The position numbers and the translations under genes are program-made. DNA of 57,955 nt, counting the filler, from Dugesia japonica (lineage: Eukaryota): the NCBI GenBank assembly GCA_001938525.1. It is 6 parts of 6 records of this genome, joined end to end, with 100 filler letters (N's around TTAATTAATTAA, not from the genome) between each part and the next. Parts side by side here need not be neighbours in the genome. Positions count along the whole stretch, not along the records: positions 1 to 8,470 come from MQRL01605647.1; positions 8,571 to 17,635 come from MQRL01594135.1; 4 more parts are not named here. One strand, 5' to 3'. The notes beneath the pieces are model-generated. The model was given only the letters and a program-made list of their open reading frames with translations, was not told where the DNA came from and did not search any database. This document shows, piece by piece, positions 1 to 9,884 of this stretch (positions are counted from its first letter, which is position 1; each line of letters begins with the position of its first letter).

Positions 1-643
1 GTACTAAAATCGAAATCATTTCTTGGTTAAAATCAATTGTATTAAAATTTTCATCACAAACATTAAATCTTAAACTATCAATGTATTTTGTATTTATCTT
101 AGAATAAATTGGAAATGATGGTCTTTCTATAATTTTAAATCCAAAAGGAACAGTATTTATTGGAAATGAATATAATAAGTTAATATTTTTAGTTGTACTG
201 TTAGTACTAACATAATTCCCTTTAACGATATTAGAAGTTACATTTATCATGTTAATACTTGAGATGTCAATTTTATTTTCAGAATAATAATTTCCTGTTG
301 GATAAGATTTTACATTAAATCCTAAAATTTTGTGAAAAAAAGATTTATCATCAAATGTTAATGTATTAGTAATTTTCATGTAACATTTAGTTGTAGATGT
401 ATCTGCCGAAACTTCGATTCCATGTTTTTCTAATCTAGATGAAATTTCTTTTATTTCATAAGCTCCAGGTTCTATCTTATCTTTAATATTAAATTTATTG
501 TTTTCATTTGTAATGTTAAAAATAATATTGTAACATGTAAAACAAATTAATCCAAGTTCGTATTCAGAATCTAATTCTAATGGAAATTTTAAATCTAATT
601 TTAATTCATTTTCTTTTCCGACTATTAGAAATTGATGACTCAT
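1..643 (-). CDS. Polinton/adintovirus minor capsid protein (penton), 3'-truncated by window edge
   Basis: Manual translation from ATG 643, open to position 2 (214 codons): MSHQFLIVGKENELKLDLKFPLELDSEYELGLICFTCYNIIFNITNENNKF...IEPGAYEIKEI...KILGF...LLYSFPINTVPFGFKIIERP...DENFNTIDFNQEMISILV, which matches the typical Polinton penton pattern. Missing from the ORF track because the stop is outside the window. Confidence 0.85.
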   Translation of the reverse strand, partial: MSHQFLIVGKENELKLDLKFPLELDSEYELGLICFTCYNIIFNITNENNKFNIKDKIEPGAYEIKEISSRLEKHGIEVSADTSTTKCYMKITNTLTFDDKSFFHKILGFNVKSYPTGNYYSENKIDISSINMINVTSNIVKGNYVSTNSTTKNINLLYSFPINTVPFGFKIIERPSFPIYSKINTKYIDSLRFNVCDENFNTIDFNQEMISILV

Positions 644-772
644 TATGCAATTTTTATTATTCTATTTATTAAATAAAAATTATAGAAACAAAGTTTCCTT
701 TTTTAAATCTAAATATTAGTATTAAATGTTAAATGTTAAAATCTAAATTTCCATTACGATTAATCGTATTGG

Positions 773-862
773 AAATCCTAAATCCTAAATCTAAGTGTTA
801 AATGTTAATTAATAAAGCTTGCTACGCAAGCATAATTTTAATAAATCCTAAATCCTAAATCT
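773..862 (+). repeat. Intergenic (AAATCCT)n heptamer repeats
   Basis: aaatcctaaatcctaaatct at 773-792 and 843-862; reverse complement of the ATTTAGG arrays at 2284 and 8369. Confidence 0.7.
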
Positions 863-1156
863 AATTAGTAATACTCTTAAGAATATCTGTAATAGGTTTA
901 AAATTTGCTGAAATACAATGAAATGATAAAGTACTGTTTAATAATTGTGGGTAATCATCAACTATTTTGCTAAATTGCATTAATCTTTGAATATGTCTTA
1001 GTGAATAATCATAATTTTTTTTTTTAGATAATTTAGAAAATCCGTATTTGATTTTGTTCTATATTTATATATTCTGAATATTTCCCCCAATTTAGAATAA
1101 CCTAGTATACCAAGTTGATTAGTTCTTCTTATTACCCCATCCCAATAATAAAATTT
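861..1156 (-). pseudogene. Frameshifted C-terminal domain of the 1132-2283 protein (Polinton accessory helical domain)
   Basis: [46 protein letters not shown] / NYDYSLRHIQRLMQFSKIVDDYPQLLNSTLSFHCISANFKPITDILKSITN*; needs a -1 shift at AAAATTTT (1157-1150) and another in the A11 run (1025-1015). Confidence 0.6.
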
Positions 1157-2283
1157 TCATCTAACTCATCATTATCAAGTTCTATAAGATTAATATTGAT
1201 ATTAATATTGATATTAATATTATTATTAACAATCACCAATTTTTTATTAGAATCATCATCATCATCATCATCATCGTTATTTCTAGGTTGAATAGATTTT
1301 AAAAATTTTTCTTTAAATATACTTTCGGGAGTTTGTTCTGGTTCTGGTTCCGATTCCGATTCCGATTCCGATTCCGATTCCGATTCCAATTCCGATTCCG
1401 ATTCCGATTCCGATTCGGGTTCGGGTTCTGGTTCTGGTTTTGGTTCTGGTTCCGATTCCGATTCCGATTCTGATTCGGGTTCTGGTTTTGGTTTTATCGA
1501 TATTTTTGGTTTGGGTTCTGGTTCTGGTTCTGGTTCTGGTTCATTTTCACTATCACTATCACTATCACTTTCATCACCACCACCACCAATTGTAAATGTT
1601 AATTCTGGTTCCTGTTTACGTTTTGGTTTTCTTATTTGTGGTTTTCTTATTTGTGGTTTTCTTATTCGTGATTTTCTTATTTCCGATTTTGGTTCTGGTT
1701 CTTGTTTTATTACTTCTTGTTTTATTACTTCTTGTTTCATTACTTCTTGTTTTATCAATATCTTGGGTTCTGGTTCTGGCTCTGGTTCTAGTTTATTTAA
1801 AGGTTTAAATATATTATTACTATGTTTGNNNNNNNNNNNNNNNNNNNNNNNNNNNNNNNNNNNNNNNNNNNNNNNNNNNNNNNNNNNNNNNNNNNNNNNN
1901 NNNNNNNNNNNNNNNNNNNNNNNNNNNNNNNNNNNNNNNNNNNNNNNNNNNNNNNNNNNNNNNNNNNNNNNNNNNNNNNNNNNNNNNNNNNTTACTCTAC
2001 ATCCATTATCTACCATATAATCCACAACTTCTTTTAAACTTGTTAGATTTTCTAATACTGGAATAAAGTAATCTTTATCATCATTAAACTTAACAATAAG
2101 ATCTAAGGTTGATAGTGTTCTTTCTAAATTATTACCAAGTATAAATAAGTGCTGCATCTTTTCTAAGTATCTGGTTTTAATCATATCGTTCTTTTTCTTA
2201 ATTTTCTTATTTTTACTACTTTTTTTTACTACTACTTTTTTTGTTATTATTTTTAATTTTATAAAAAGCGTCTCGCGCGACAC
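1132..2283 (-). CDS. Polinton accessory protein with EP/ES/KP low-complexity tracts (spans an N gap)
   Basis: 383-aa track ORF. Likely true start is the ATG near 2184 (MIKTRYLEK). Contains (EP)n, (ES)n, KQEVI and RKPQI repeats; frame across the gap is unverified. Confidence 0.7.
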   Translation of the reverse strand: MSRETLFIKLKIITKKVVVKKSSKNKKIKKKNDMIKTRYLEKMQHLFILGNNLERTLSTLDLIVKFNDDKDYFIPVLENLTSLKEVVDYMVDNGCRVXXXXXXXXXXXXXXXXXXXXXXXXXXXXXXXXXXXXXXXXXXXXXXXXXXXXXXXKHSNNIFKPLNKLEPEPEPEPKILIKQEVMKQEVIKQEVIKQEPEPKSEIRKSRIRKPQIRKPQIRKPKRKQEPELTFTIGGGGDESDSDSDSENEPEPEPEPEPKPKISIKPKPEPESESESESEPEPKPEPEPEPESESESESELESESESESESESEPEPEQTPESIFKEKFLKSIQPRNNDDDDDDDDSNKKLVIVNNNINININININLIELDNDELDENFIIGMG

Positions 2284-2312
2284 ATTTAGGATTTAGGATT
2301 TAGGATTTAGGA
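2284..2312 (+). repeat. (ATTTAGG)x4 array upstream of the minus-strand ORF
   Basis: atttagg atttagg atttagg atttagg att. Confidence 0.8.
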
Positions 2313-2341
2313 TTTTGAAATTCGCACTTAGGTTTCAAAAC

Positions 2342-3974
2342 TTAACTAAAATATTTCTCCTTATATTTATCATAAATTTTATTGGAAATTAACCCCATAA
2401 TTTTTAATTTTTTACAAGTTTTTTTAATGTCATTTTCCAAATTATCGTGCCCGGATTTTACTGCCGAAATCAATACTGTTAATTTTTCAAATAAGTTTAA
2501 TGGGTTCAATCCTTCACCTGATTTTTCTTCTAGTTTTGCTAATAATGATTTTAATTGATTACAATATTCATTATCCTTAGGTGGTTTTATTATTTCATTT
2601 AAATACATTTTTATAAACTTTTCATCGTCATCAATCAAAATATTGAAATTAAAATTTCCTATAACCAAATCAACAAAATCTTCTGAATAATCATGAGTTT
2701 TATTATTAACTGAAAAATATTTACCATTTGCATTCTCAAAGAAAATTATTCTCACTTTTGAATTTTTAAATAATAGTGAATGATATTTTTTACCACTAGG
2801 TTTTACTTTATATTTATCTATAACAGGAAATATTGTTGGTGATTTTAATGTTTCGAAATTAATTTTAAAATCTGGATTAAATGCAGTTGTATTTTTTGAA
2901 TTTAAAATTTTAAGAATTTTTTCACCTAATTCTTCTGATTTTGCTGGTGATGCTTGTGGTTGTGATGTTGCTGGTTCTGGTTCTGGTTCTGGCTCTGGTT
3001 CTGGTATTAATGGTTCTGGTTTTGGTTTTGGTATTGGTAATGGTTTTGGTTTTGGTATTGGTTCTGATTTTGGTATTGGTTCTGATTTTGGTTCTGATTT
3101 TGGTTGTGATGTTATTCCTTGTGATACTACTTTTTGTGATACTACTCCTTGTGATACTACTCCTTGTGATACTACTCCTTGTGATGTTATTCCTTGTGAT
3201 ACTACTCCTTGTGATAAATATTGTGATGATGATGTTGATGTTGCTTCCGATTTTAGTTCCGATTTTGATTCTGATTTTAATTCTGATTTTAATTCTGGAT
3301 CTGTTTCAACATCTGTTGCTTCTGTTGCCATAGATTTAGTTCCTCTTGTTTGTCGTTTAGGTTTTTCTTTTGTAACAACTTTTTTAAATTTATTTTTTAA
3401 CCTTAAACAATAATCACTATTAGCCGGATGTGGACTTATAAATTTATTTAAATAAACATCAATATCTTCAGGTGCTTCTGTTCCATCTATATTTCCTAAA
3501 ATTAATCTAAAAATTCCATCAGTATAAGGAATAACTTCAGATTTTAATAAGAAACTTTTATTTCCATCTTCTTCAAATAAATAAATTTTATTTTGTTTTA
3601 AACTTATCTCCATAAAACTTTTTATTTTATCAATTGCAGTAACATTTAGTTTTGAAAATGTTGGAATAATTGTTTGAGTTAATTTACCATTAGCATCAAC
3701 ATTTTCAATTGAGTATTCGGGTATAAATGGTGTTACTTTTTCATTTAAAAAGAATTTTGTTAAATCTCTAGTTTCCATTAAATTTGATTTCAATGAAATA
3801 TTATTAATNNNNNNNNNNNNNNNNNNNNNNNNNNNNNNNNNNNNNNNNNNNNNNNNNNNNNNNNNNNNNNNNNNNNNGAATAATATTTCCACAGAATAAA
3901 TCATTTACTTTTTCATGAACTTTTATTAGGGCTCTTAATTCTTTAATTCTTTCTTCAACTTGTTTTGTATTCAT
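2342..3974 (-). CDS. Conserved Maverick/adintovirus virion-associated protein (GasderminX-like C-terminus)
   Basis: C-terminus GEGLNPLNLFEKLTVLISAVKSGHDNLENDIKKTCKKLKIMGLIS resembles the Maverick motif PNELxxRLxLLIASxxAGNxxxxNEIxxIxxxLxxxGII. Central SQGVV/PKSE/PE repeats. Better start is ATG 3974 (MNTKQVEERIKELRALIK), upstream of the N gap. Confidence 0.65.
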
Positions 3975-3979
3975 ACTTT

Positions 3980-4462
3980 TTATAAAGTATTTTTATAAGG
4001 GTTTAAATATAAACCATTACCTTGTTTAGTTATTTCAATTCCATCTTTAAAGTTTCTAGTTAAGTTTTTTAAATCATCATCGGAAATAATATTTTTAAAA
4101 TATTTATGAATTGCAGAACCTTGATAAGGATTTAGGAATATTCCTGAACCAACTTGATCAATTTGTTTTTGTTTTAAGATTGCATCTTTACTACTAGCAA
4201 CGGTACTTGCAATTCCTGATGCGATTCCAGCAGTTCCGGCTAAAGCTCCAATGATTGCTGAAATTGCGGCCAGGAATGCAAAACCACCATCATGTTTTTT
4301 TCTAGATATAAGTTCTTCTTTTACTTTTTTAGAGATATAATAATTTTTACCATTAATTTTTACAGATTTACATTTTTTATTATTTACAATTTTTTCCAAC
4401 TCTTCCTCTGTTGGATTTATTACATTGGTTTCATCATTCCCATTCCCATTCGTCATCTTCAC
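3980..4462 (-). CDS. Polinton core/membrane-active protein (adenovirus pX-like, 'cupiennin'-type)
   Basis: HDGG|FAFLAAISAIIGALAGTAGIASGIAST hydrophobic segment after an adenain-type GG site; repeated GSGIFLNPY / GNGLYLNPY motifs. Confidence 0.75.
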   Translation of the reverse strand: MKMTNGNGNDETNVINPTEEELEKIVNNKKCKSVKINGKNYYISKKVKEELISRKKHDGGFAFLAAISAIIGALAGTAGIASGIASTVASSKDAILKQKQIDQVGSGIFLNPYQGSAIHKYFKNIISDDDLKNLTRNFKDGIEITKQGNGLYLNPYKNTL

Positions 4463-7400
4463 TATTTTCTGAAAGAAAAAGTTGACATAATAATTTTTTA
4501 TTTATTAATTTTAATCTCTCATGCCACATCTGACATTCATCACAAAAGAATTTATTTCCGTGTGGCCATCCACGAATTCCACTATCTTCTAATATTAATT
4601 TATCACTGTATGCATTTAATCCAACTTTCTTTTGTTCTGTTAATTCTATTTCATGTGATTCTGATTTTAATGAATAATTTGTTCCATAAAATTTTTTTGT
4701 TGAATCTTTTAAAACTTCATCAAAATCTTTCATTAAAAATTTATTTGAACTTTGTAATCCTTTATTTTTTGATGCAAAGTTTAATTGATTATTTTGCGCT
4801 TGTTGCCCTTGTTGTTTATAATTATAACCATAATTTTTAGGTCTTATAAAATTAGCTTGAGTTATTTCTGCATTTGGTAATTCGTCTTTCATTTGGAAAA
4901 GTTCATTTCCTAATAAAGATTGTAATTTAATTAAATTTTCATTTCCTTTTACTTCTACAAAGCAAGAATCAGTATCGGTATACAATATTTTGTAATTTCC
5001 TTGTCCAATTAATGGATCCATTTTCCTATAAATAAAATCATACATAATAAATTTTGCATGTTCTAAAATAGTAAATCCAATGTAAGGAAATTTGCTGTAA
5101 TACAAATTTGATTTCATCATATGCATTGCTGCCACATTTGCCTCATTTGAATCATTAACTGTAAATATTTTACTAGATCTAAATGTTAATTTCGATGCGA
5201 ATTTCTGGTAATCCCTATCGGTATCCACAATTTCAACATCACATCTATTTCTAATATTCTCGAGTGTTTTTCCATAATAAGCATTTAACATTAATTTATA
5301 AATGTGATCGCCTGATGCATCGTGGTTTGTTTTGGCTTCTCTTCTTAATTGAATTAATTTGTATACATATTCTTTAAACCAAGGACTCACTTTCATTTTA
5401 AAATTTTTATGAATCTTTGTTATTTTCATTCCTATTTCGAGATATAAATCTAATGTTGATCCTAGAGTTACATAATTCTTTTTATCAAATTGATTTAATA
5501 ATAATTTTATATTTTCTTTCCCTAATTTTTTTTTAAAACTTTTTTGGTAATTACTCAAATGTTCTTCTTGAATATTTAATCTTTCTGGAGCTAATGGAAA
5601 ATATCTTGTTTTCTCATGAATTTCAGGAGGATATTCTAAATCAACTTCATATATAAAATTATATCCTTCTATTGGTTTTTCATATGTAAGGGAGCCAGTA
5701 GGCTCCATTAAATTAGTAATCTCATTTATTTCTCCTGTTGGAAGAGGCATTGTCATACATGATGCATAAAGAGAATTTTCATCAATATATTTAATGTAGG
5801 TATCATCAAAATAATCTTCTGGAATATTTTTTCCTTCCCTAACTAATTTAGCTATTTCTTCTGATTGCGCTTTATTTATTTTTCTATAAGGGTTATTTCT
5901 ATTATGTGCAAATACTTGTCTTTCACTTAATTCTGAAGATACTCCTCCTCGGATTCCAGATTCAATTGTTAGAAATGTATCATAAGTTCTGGCTTTTGCA
6001 TATTTTAATTTAACTTTGGAATAATAATTTCCGCATTCCCATGCATAGCCAGGCATCGAATAACAATAGCATGGATCTAATTTAAAGATGCCGGTCATGC
6101 ATTTGTTTCGGAAATTTTCAATGAAATCTGCCAAAATTAACACATCCAATTTCATATAATGGAGTGTGTATTCCCACATATTTTTAAACTTGAAATATTC
6201 TTTTAAAAATATTTTATAATCTGCAAAACTTATATTTTTTTGTCTTAGTGTATTAAAGAATATTTCTTTATCAGGAATCTTTGTGCTTTTAAATAATTTT
6301 TCTACTTCTTCAATGTTTGAGGCTTTTACATATTCGTATGGGAATATGGCTTTCTTTGGTTTTAGGTTAAATGATTTTAATATTGGGAAATTGTTAGATT
6401 GGGTTAATAATTCCCCCATTTTTTCCACTGGTGTAAATGGAATTAATCTGTTGGAATCAAGGAACCTAATATTTTCATAAGTAAATGAAATGTAAGTTTC
6501 TGAACTGTGTGGAATTATTTCTTTTACTTTCCCTGGGGAATTTGTTAATAATTCCCTGAAAAATAAATGTGAATCATACCCAGATAAATTGTGAAAATAA
6601 AAGGGGATAAATAAATTTTTTACTGAAAGATCATTAATATTGCATTGTCTACAAGTCCATCCTCTAAATCTCCCATTAAAATGATTATGATCAATTACTG
6701 GATCTTTAACAGGTTGATCACAATATCGACAATTAATATTAACATCAAAAGCTGGGTGATTTGTTCCCCAATATTCTTTTATTAATTTAGTTGATTTTAT
6801 TTCATTTATTTTTTCATTCATCTCATCTAAAAAATCAAACATTTGTTTGTGGGTATCTTCACCAGAAAATTCATAATATTGACTTTTCATTAAAAGGGGG
6901 TAATTAGATTTTACATAAATTCCTAGGGATAAAGTTTTTTGTTTTTTAGTTTCAGTGTTGGTATAAGTTTCGAAATCTCCAACAATGAAAAATGGTAATT
7001 TATTTTTTTGATAAAATTTATTAAACTTGTAAGAATCTTCTACTGGGAATTTAATATTATTAGGTTTGTGGTGAACACAAAGATCCTGATGTTTTTCTAA
7101 AACTTCGGCACTTGAATAACAATTCATACATCTGACACATAAATGATTTCTCCCACCTGGTGTTGCAAAGAATACATTAAGATTTCTACACAAAATATAA
7201 TGTTCTTTGAAAACCAATAAATTGCATTTATTTATATTTGTATCTGGCTTTGTGTCATAGTGTGAAATATATAATGGCTCAAGTTCTTTTACTGTGTTAA
7301 CTGAAAATACATTTATTTTCCAATTATTTAATTCTTCAAATTTACTAACATCGCAAATGCTCATTGGAAAAGTAAAATCTTGATAAATTAATTCATCTAA

Positions 7401-8327
7401 ATAGGGAATATAATTATTTACGAGTGTTGGATGATCATGTGGATATTTGTGTGCCAAAATTGAATACAAGAAACATTTATTATCACTATTTTGTATGTTA
7501 ATAACTCCTGGTTTTACAAATGGTAACTTTTGATATGATGCTCCTGCTAAAGATTTGTATTTATGTAATTCAATTTCATATCTGACAATATTTAAAAATG
7601 TCCAACCCGATCCTTCTTTATCAGAATCTTGAATATGATTTGCTAAATGAGTAAAAATGTGAGTTGTTACATTTGGTATTTCACTTTCAATTAAAATTCT
7701 ATTATTGAAAGAATAAGATTCAAATTGTTTTTCGACTAATATATTATTTTCAATTTTACTATATCTACCCCATACTTTCATATCCACAATTGCTTTTTTC
7801 TTATCATAGTTAAAATACTTGGTAATAATTTCTTGTGTTTCAGGTTTAAAGAAATTAATATCTTGAATTGGTTGTTGGATTTTTTCTTCAACTTTTTTTA
7901 TTAATAAAACTTTACTTTGTTTAAAATATTTAATTTTAAAATCTTTATATATTTCAAAAGTTCCGCGAATTTCTAAAGGAAAACTAACTGCATCATCTTC
8001 TGGTAATTCACTAAAGGCATTTCTATTTAATTTTCGATTATGTCCTACAGAATTATAATGTGTCTTTGCAAGATTTTGATATTTAAATGTGAAATTACAA
8101 AGGGTACAATGCAATGGTACATCTAGTGAATTTCCACACTTGGATGCATTTAAATGTTTTGTTAAATCATTTTGACAATTAAATAGTCTAGGACAATTTC
8201 CTGTTGGACATTTAATTCTTTGTATATTTACTTGACATTTTCTTGATTTAATATGACCACCAAGACCTGCTTTATTTTTAAAGAGTTGGTTGCAATTGCT
8301 GCACTTGAAGACTCATGGAGTACTCAT
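4434..8327 (-). CDS. polB: Protein-primed family B DNA polymerase (pPolB) with N-terminal Zn fingers, terminal protein, vOTU and inserted HNH/EndoVII-like module
   Basis: TP motif EGSGWTF; vOTU-like GVINIQNSDNKCFLYSIL and EHY; ExoI VGDFETY; CRYC...DHNHFNGRFRGWTCRQCN; ExoII FHNLSGYDSH; ExoIII YMKLDV; PolA YIDENSLYASCM; PolB YKLMLNAYYGK; PolC YTDTDS. Frame stays open upstream of 8114 to a TGA at 8315-8313, with an in-frame ATG at 8327. Confidence 0.95.
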
Positions 8328-8368
8328 TTTTCTAAAGGGTGGATTTAATCATGTGATTACTTTTCTAA

Positions 8369-8460
8369 ATTTAGGATTTATATTTTACATTTAAGATTTA
8401 GTATTTATATTTGGCATTTGGCATTTGGCATTTGGCATTTAGGATTTAGGATTTGGGATT
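8369..8460 (+). repeat. ATTT(A/G)G(G/C) heptamer array upstream of polB
   Basis: (atttggc)x4 (atttagg)x2 atttggg plus degenerate units. Confidence 0.75.
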
Positions 8461-8470
8461 TATATTTTAA

Positions 8471-8570
8471 NNNNNNNNNNNNNNNNNNNNNNNNNNNNNN
8501 NNNNNNNNNNNNNNTTAATTAATTAANNNNNNNNNNNNNNNNNNNNNNNNNNNNNNNNNNNNNNNNNNNN
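8471..8570. other. Artificial scaffold linker N44-TTAATTAATTAA-N44
   Basis: Six-frame-stop palindrome at 8515-8526 between 44-N runs; identical at five places in the window. Confidence 0.97.
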
Positions 8571-8742
8571 TTAGGGAAAAGTTACTAAATTAGGGAAAAG
8601 TTAATAAATTAGGGAAAAGTTACTAAATAAGGTAAAAGTTACTATATTAGGGAAAAGTTAATAAATTAGGGAAAAATTAATAAAATAGGGAAAAGTTAAT
8701 AAATTAGGGAAAAGTTACTAAAATAGGGGGAAATTTACTAAA
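8571..8742 (+). repeat. 19-bp minisatellite TTAGGGAAAAGTTA(C/A)TAAA, about 9 copies
   Basis: Tandem units directly visible; each starts with TTAGGG or a variant. Confidence 0.9.
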
Positions 8743-8841
8743 CTATTTATTCAAGAAATGCACATTCCATACATCTTAGAATTAAATTTTACATAAATCT
8801 TAGAAGTTATTTTAGAGGAAAATTAATATTTACTAAATTAT

Positions 8842-9147
8842 TTAATACGAACCCGATGCCAAATTAATTTCCGAACCATTTATCTGTGATTTGACTTCGG
8901 TAACTTGTGATGGATAAACACATACCGCTGCTGAAACTGTAAATTTTAAAATATTACCAAGAAATAATTTATAATTAATACATAAATTTTTGGCATTTAT
9001 TTCAAATTTTTCCTTTAACAATTCTACAGTTTTAGTAGATAAAGGATATCGAGATTTGCAACATAATCGTCTCACATTACTGATACTGTCATCTCCCATC
9101 AATGTGGTCATGTCACAAACACTGATGGCTCTCAAAAGCCATGCTAT
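8842..9147 (-). CDS. Possible terminal exon of an unidentified host gene
   Basis: Acceptor-like TTAACTTCAG followed by about 100 open codons (IAWLLRAISVCDMTT...LASGSY*) with higher GC than the flanks; no family recognised. Confidence 0.3.
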   Translation of the reverse strand: MAWLLRAISVCDMTTLMGDDSISNVRRLCCKSRYPLSTKTVELLKEKFEINAKNLCINYKLFLGNILKFTVSAAVCVYPSQVTEVKSQINGSEINLASGSY

Positions 9148-9300
9148 CTGAAGTTAATCAATTTCAAATTAGCATTATTTATTAATTTCATAATTGCATT
9201 TATTGTGAGAATAATTGTTGGACTTAACCATTGATCGTTTTTGAGATTTCATTAAAATAAAGAAAAANCTTCGATCAAAATAAAATGTATTTGTAAAGAA

Positions 9301-9334
9301 ATTCAAATTTTCGACACTTGTCTCCTTCAGGAAT
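9301..9334 (-). ncRNA. Minimal hammerhead ribozyme-like motif (variant core)
   Basis: Reverse complement reads ATTC-CTGAAGG-AGACAAGTGTC-GAAA-ATTT-GAAT. Confidence 0.55.
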
Positions 9335-9850
9335 GATGACTTTCTGATAATTCAAAAGGATAATAGATCTCTGGTACAAAATTCTTTATCTTTTATCGAA
9401 ATTTATCGGTTTATTTAAAGTATAATCTTTTTACTTTAAAATTAAACCTCAAAAAATCTCAAAAAATTACAAAAAATCTGTTTTTATTAATATTAAAATA
9501 TTTAAACTCTAATTTTTCACTAATTCTTTCAAAATTTTTTAAATTATTGAAGGTATTGGAAAAAATTATTTATTTATTGAAAACTTTTACTTATTGAATT
9601 TTTTGAAAATTATTTATTTCAAAATTATTTAAAATTATTTAAAATTAATTATTTCAAAATTATTTAAAATTAATTATTTCAAAATTATTTAAAACTATTT
9701 ATTACTTATAAAAAAAGATTTTTTGAGATTTTTTTTGAGATTTAATCTTAAAAAAACATTATATTTTAAATAAACCAATAAAATTTCGATAAAAGATAAA
9801 GAATTTGGTAACAGAGATCTATTATCCTTTTGAATTATTAGAAAGTATTC

Positions 9851-9884
9851 ATTCCTGAAGGAGACAAGTGTCGAAAATTTGAAT
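9851..9884 (+). ncRNA. Minimal hammerhead ribozyme-like motif (variant core)
   Basis: ATTC-CTGAAGG-AGACAAGTGTC-GAAA-ATTT-GAAT: stem I ATTC/GAAT, stem II GACA/TGTC; core has G where CUGANGA has its last A. Confidence 0.55.

Larger units (their letters stand above)
1..8470 (-). mobile_element. Polinton/Maverick (adintovirus-like) element, family A, partial, nearly intact
   Basis: Co-oriented cluster of pPolB, GG-cleaved core protein, GasderminX-like ORF, low-complexity ORF and penton-like ORF. Runs off the window start and ends at a scaffold linker; no TIR, integrase, ATPase or major capsid visible. Confidence 0.93.

Noticed and set aside
2284-2312. Telomere array
   Set aside because: Unit is ATTTAGG, only four copies, internal to a Polinton intergenic spacer.
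1511-3333. Plus-strand ORFs 1511-2020, 1596-1808 and 2941-3333 with hydrophobic or GS repeats
   Set aside because: Antisense shadows of the EP/ES/SQGVV low-complexity minus-strand genes.
4292-4840. 182-aa plus-strand ORF
   Set aside because: Antisense to polB and the core gene; F/I/L-rich composition typical of shadow frames.
8313-8315. Alternative genetic code (TGA = Trp/Cys) as explanation for the polB stop
   Set aside because: polB uses TGG for Trp, has no other internal TGA over about 1290 codons, and terminates at TGA.
8515-8526. Conserved palindrome TTAATTAATTAA as a biological motif
   Set aside because: Always centred in exactly 44+44 Ns; a synthetic six-frame-stop linker.
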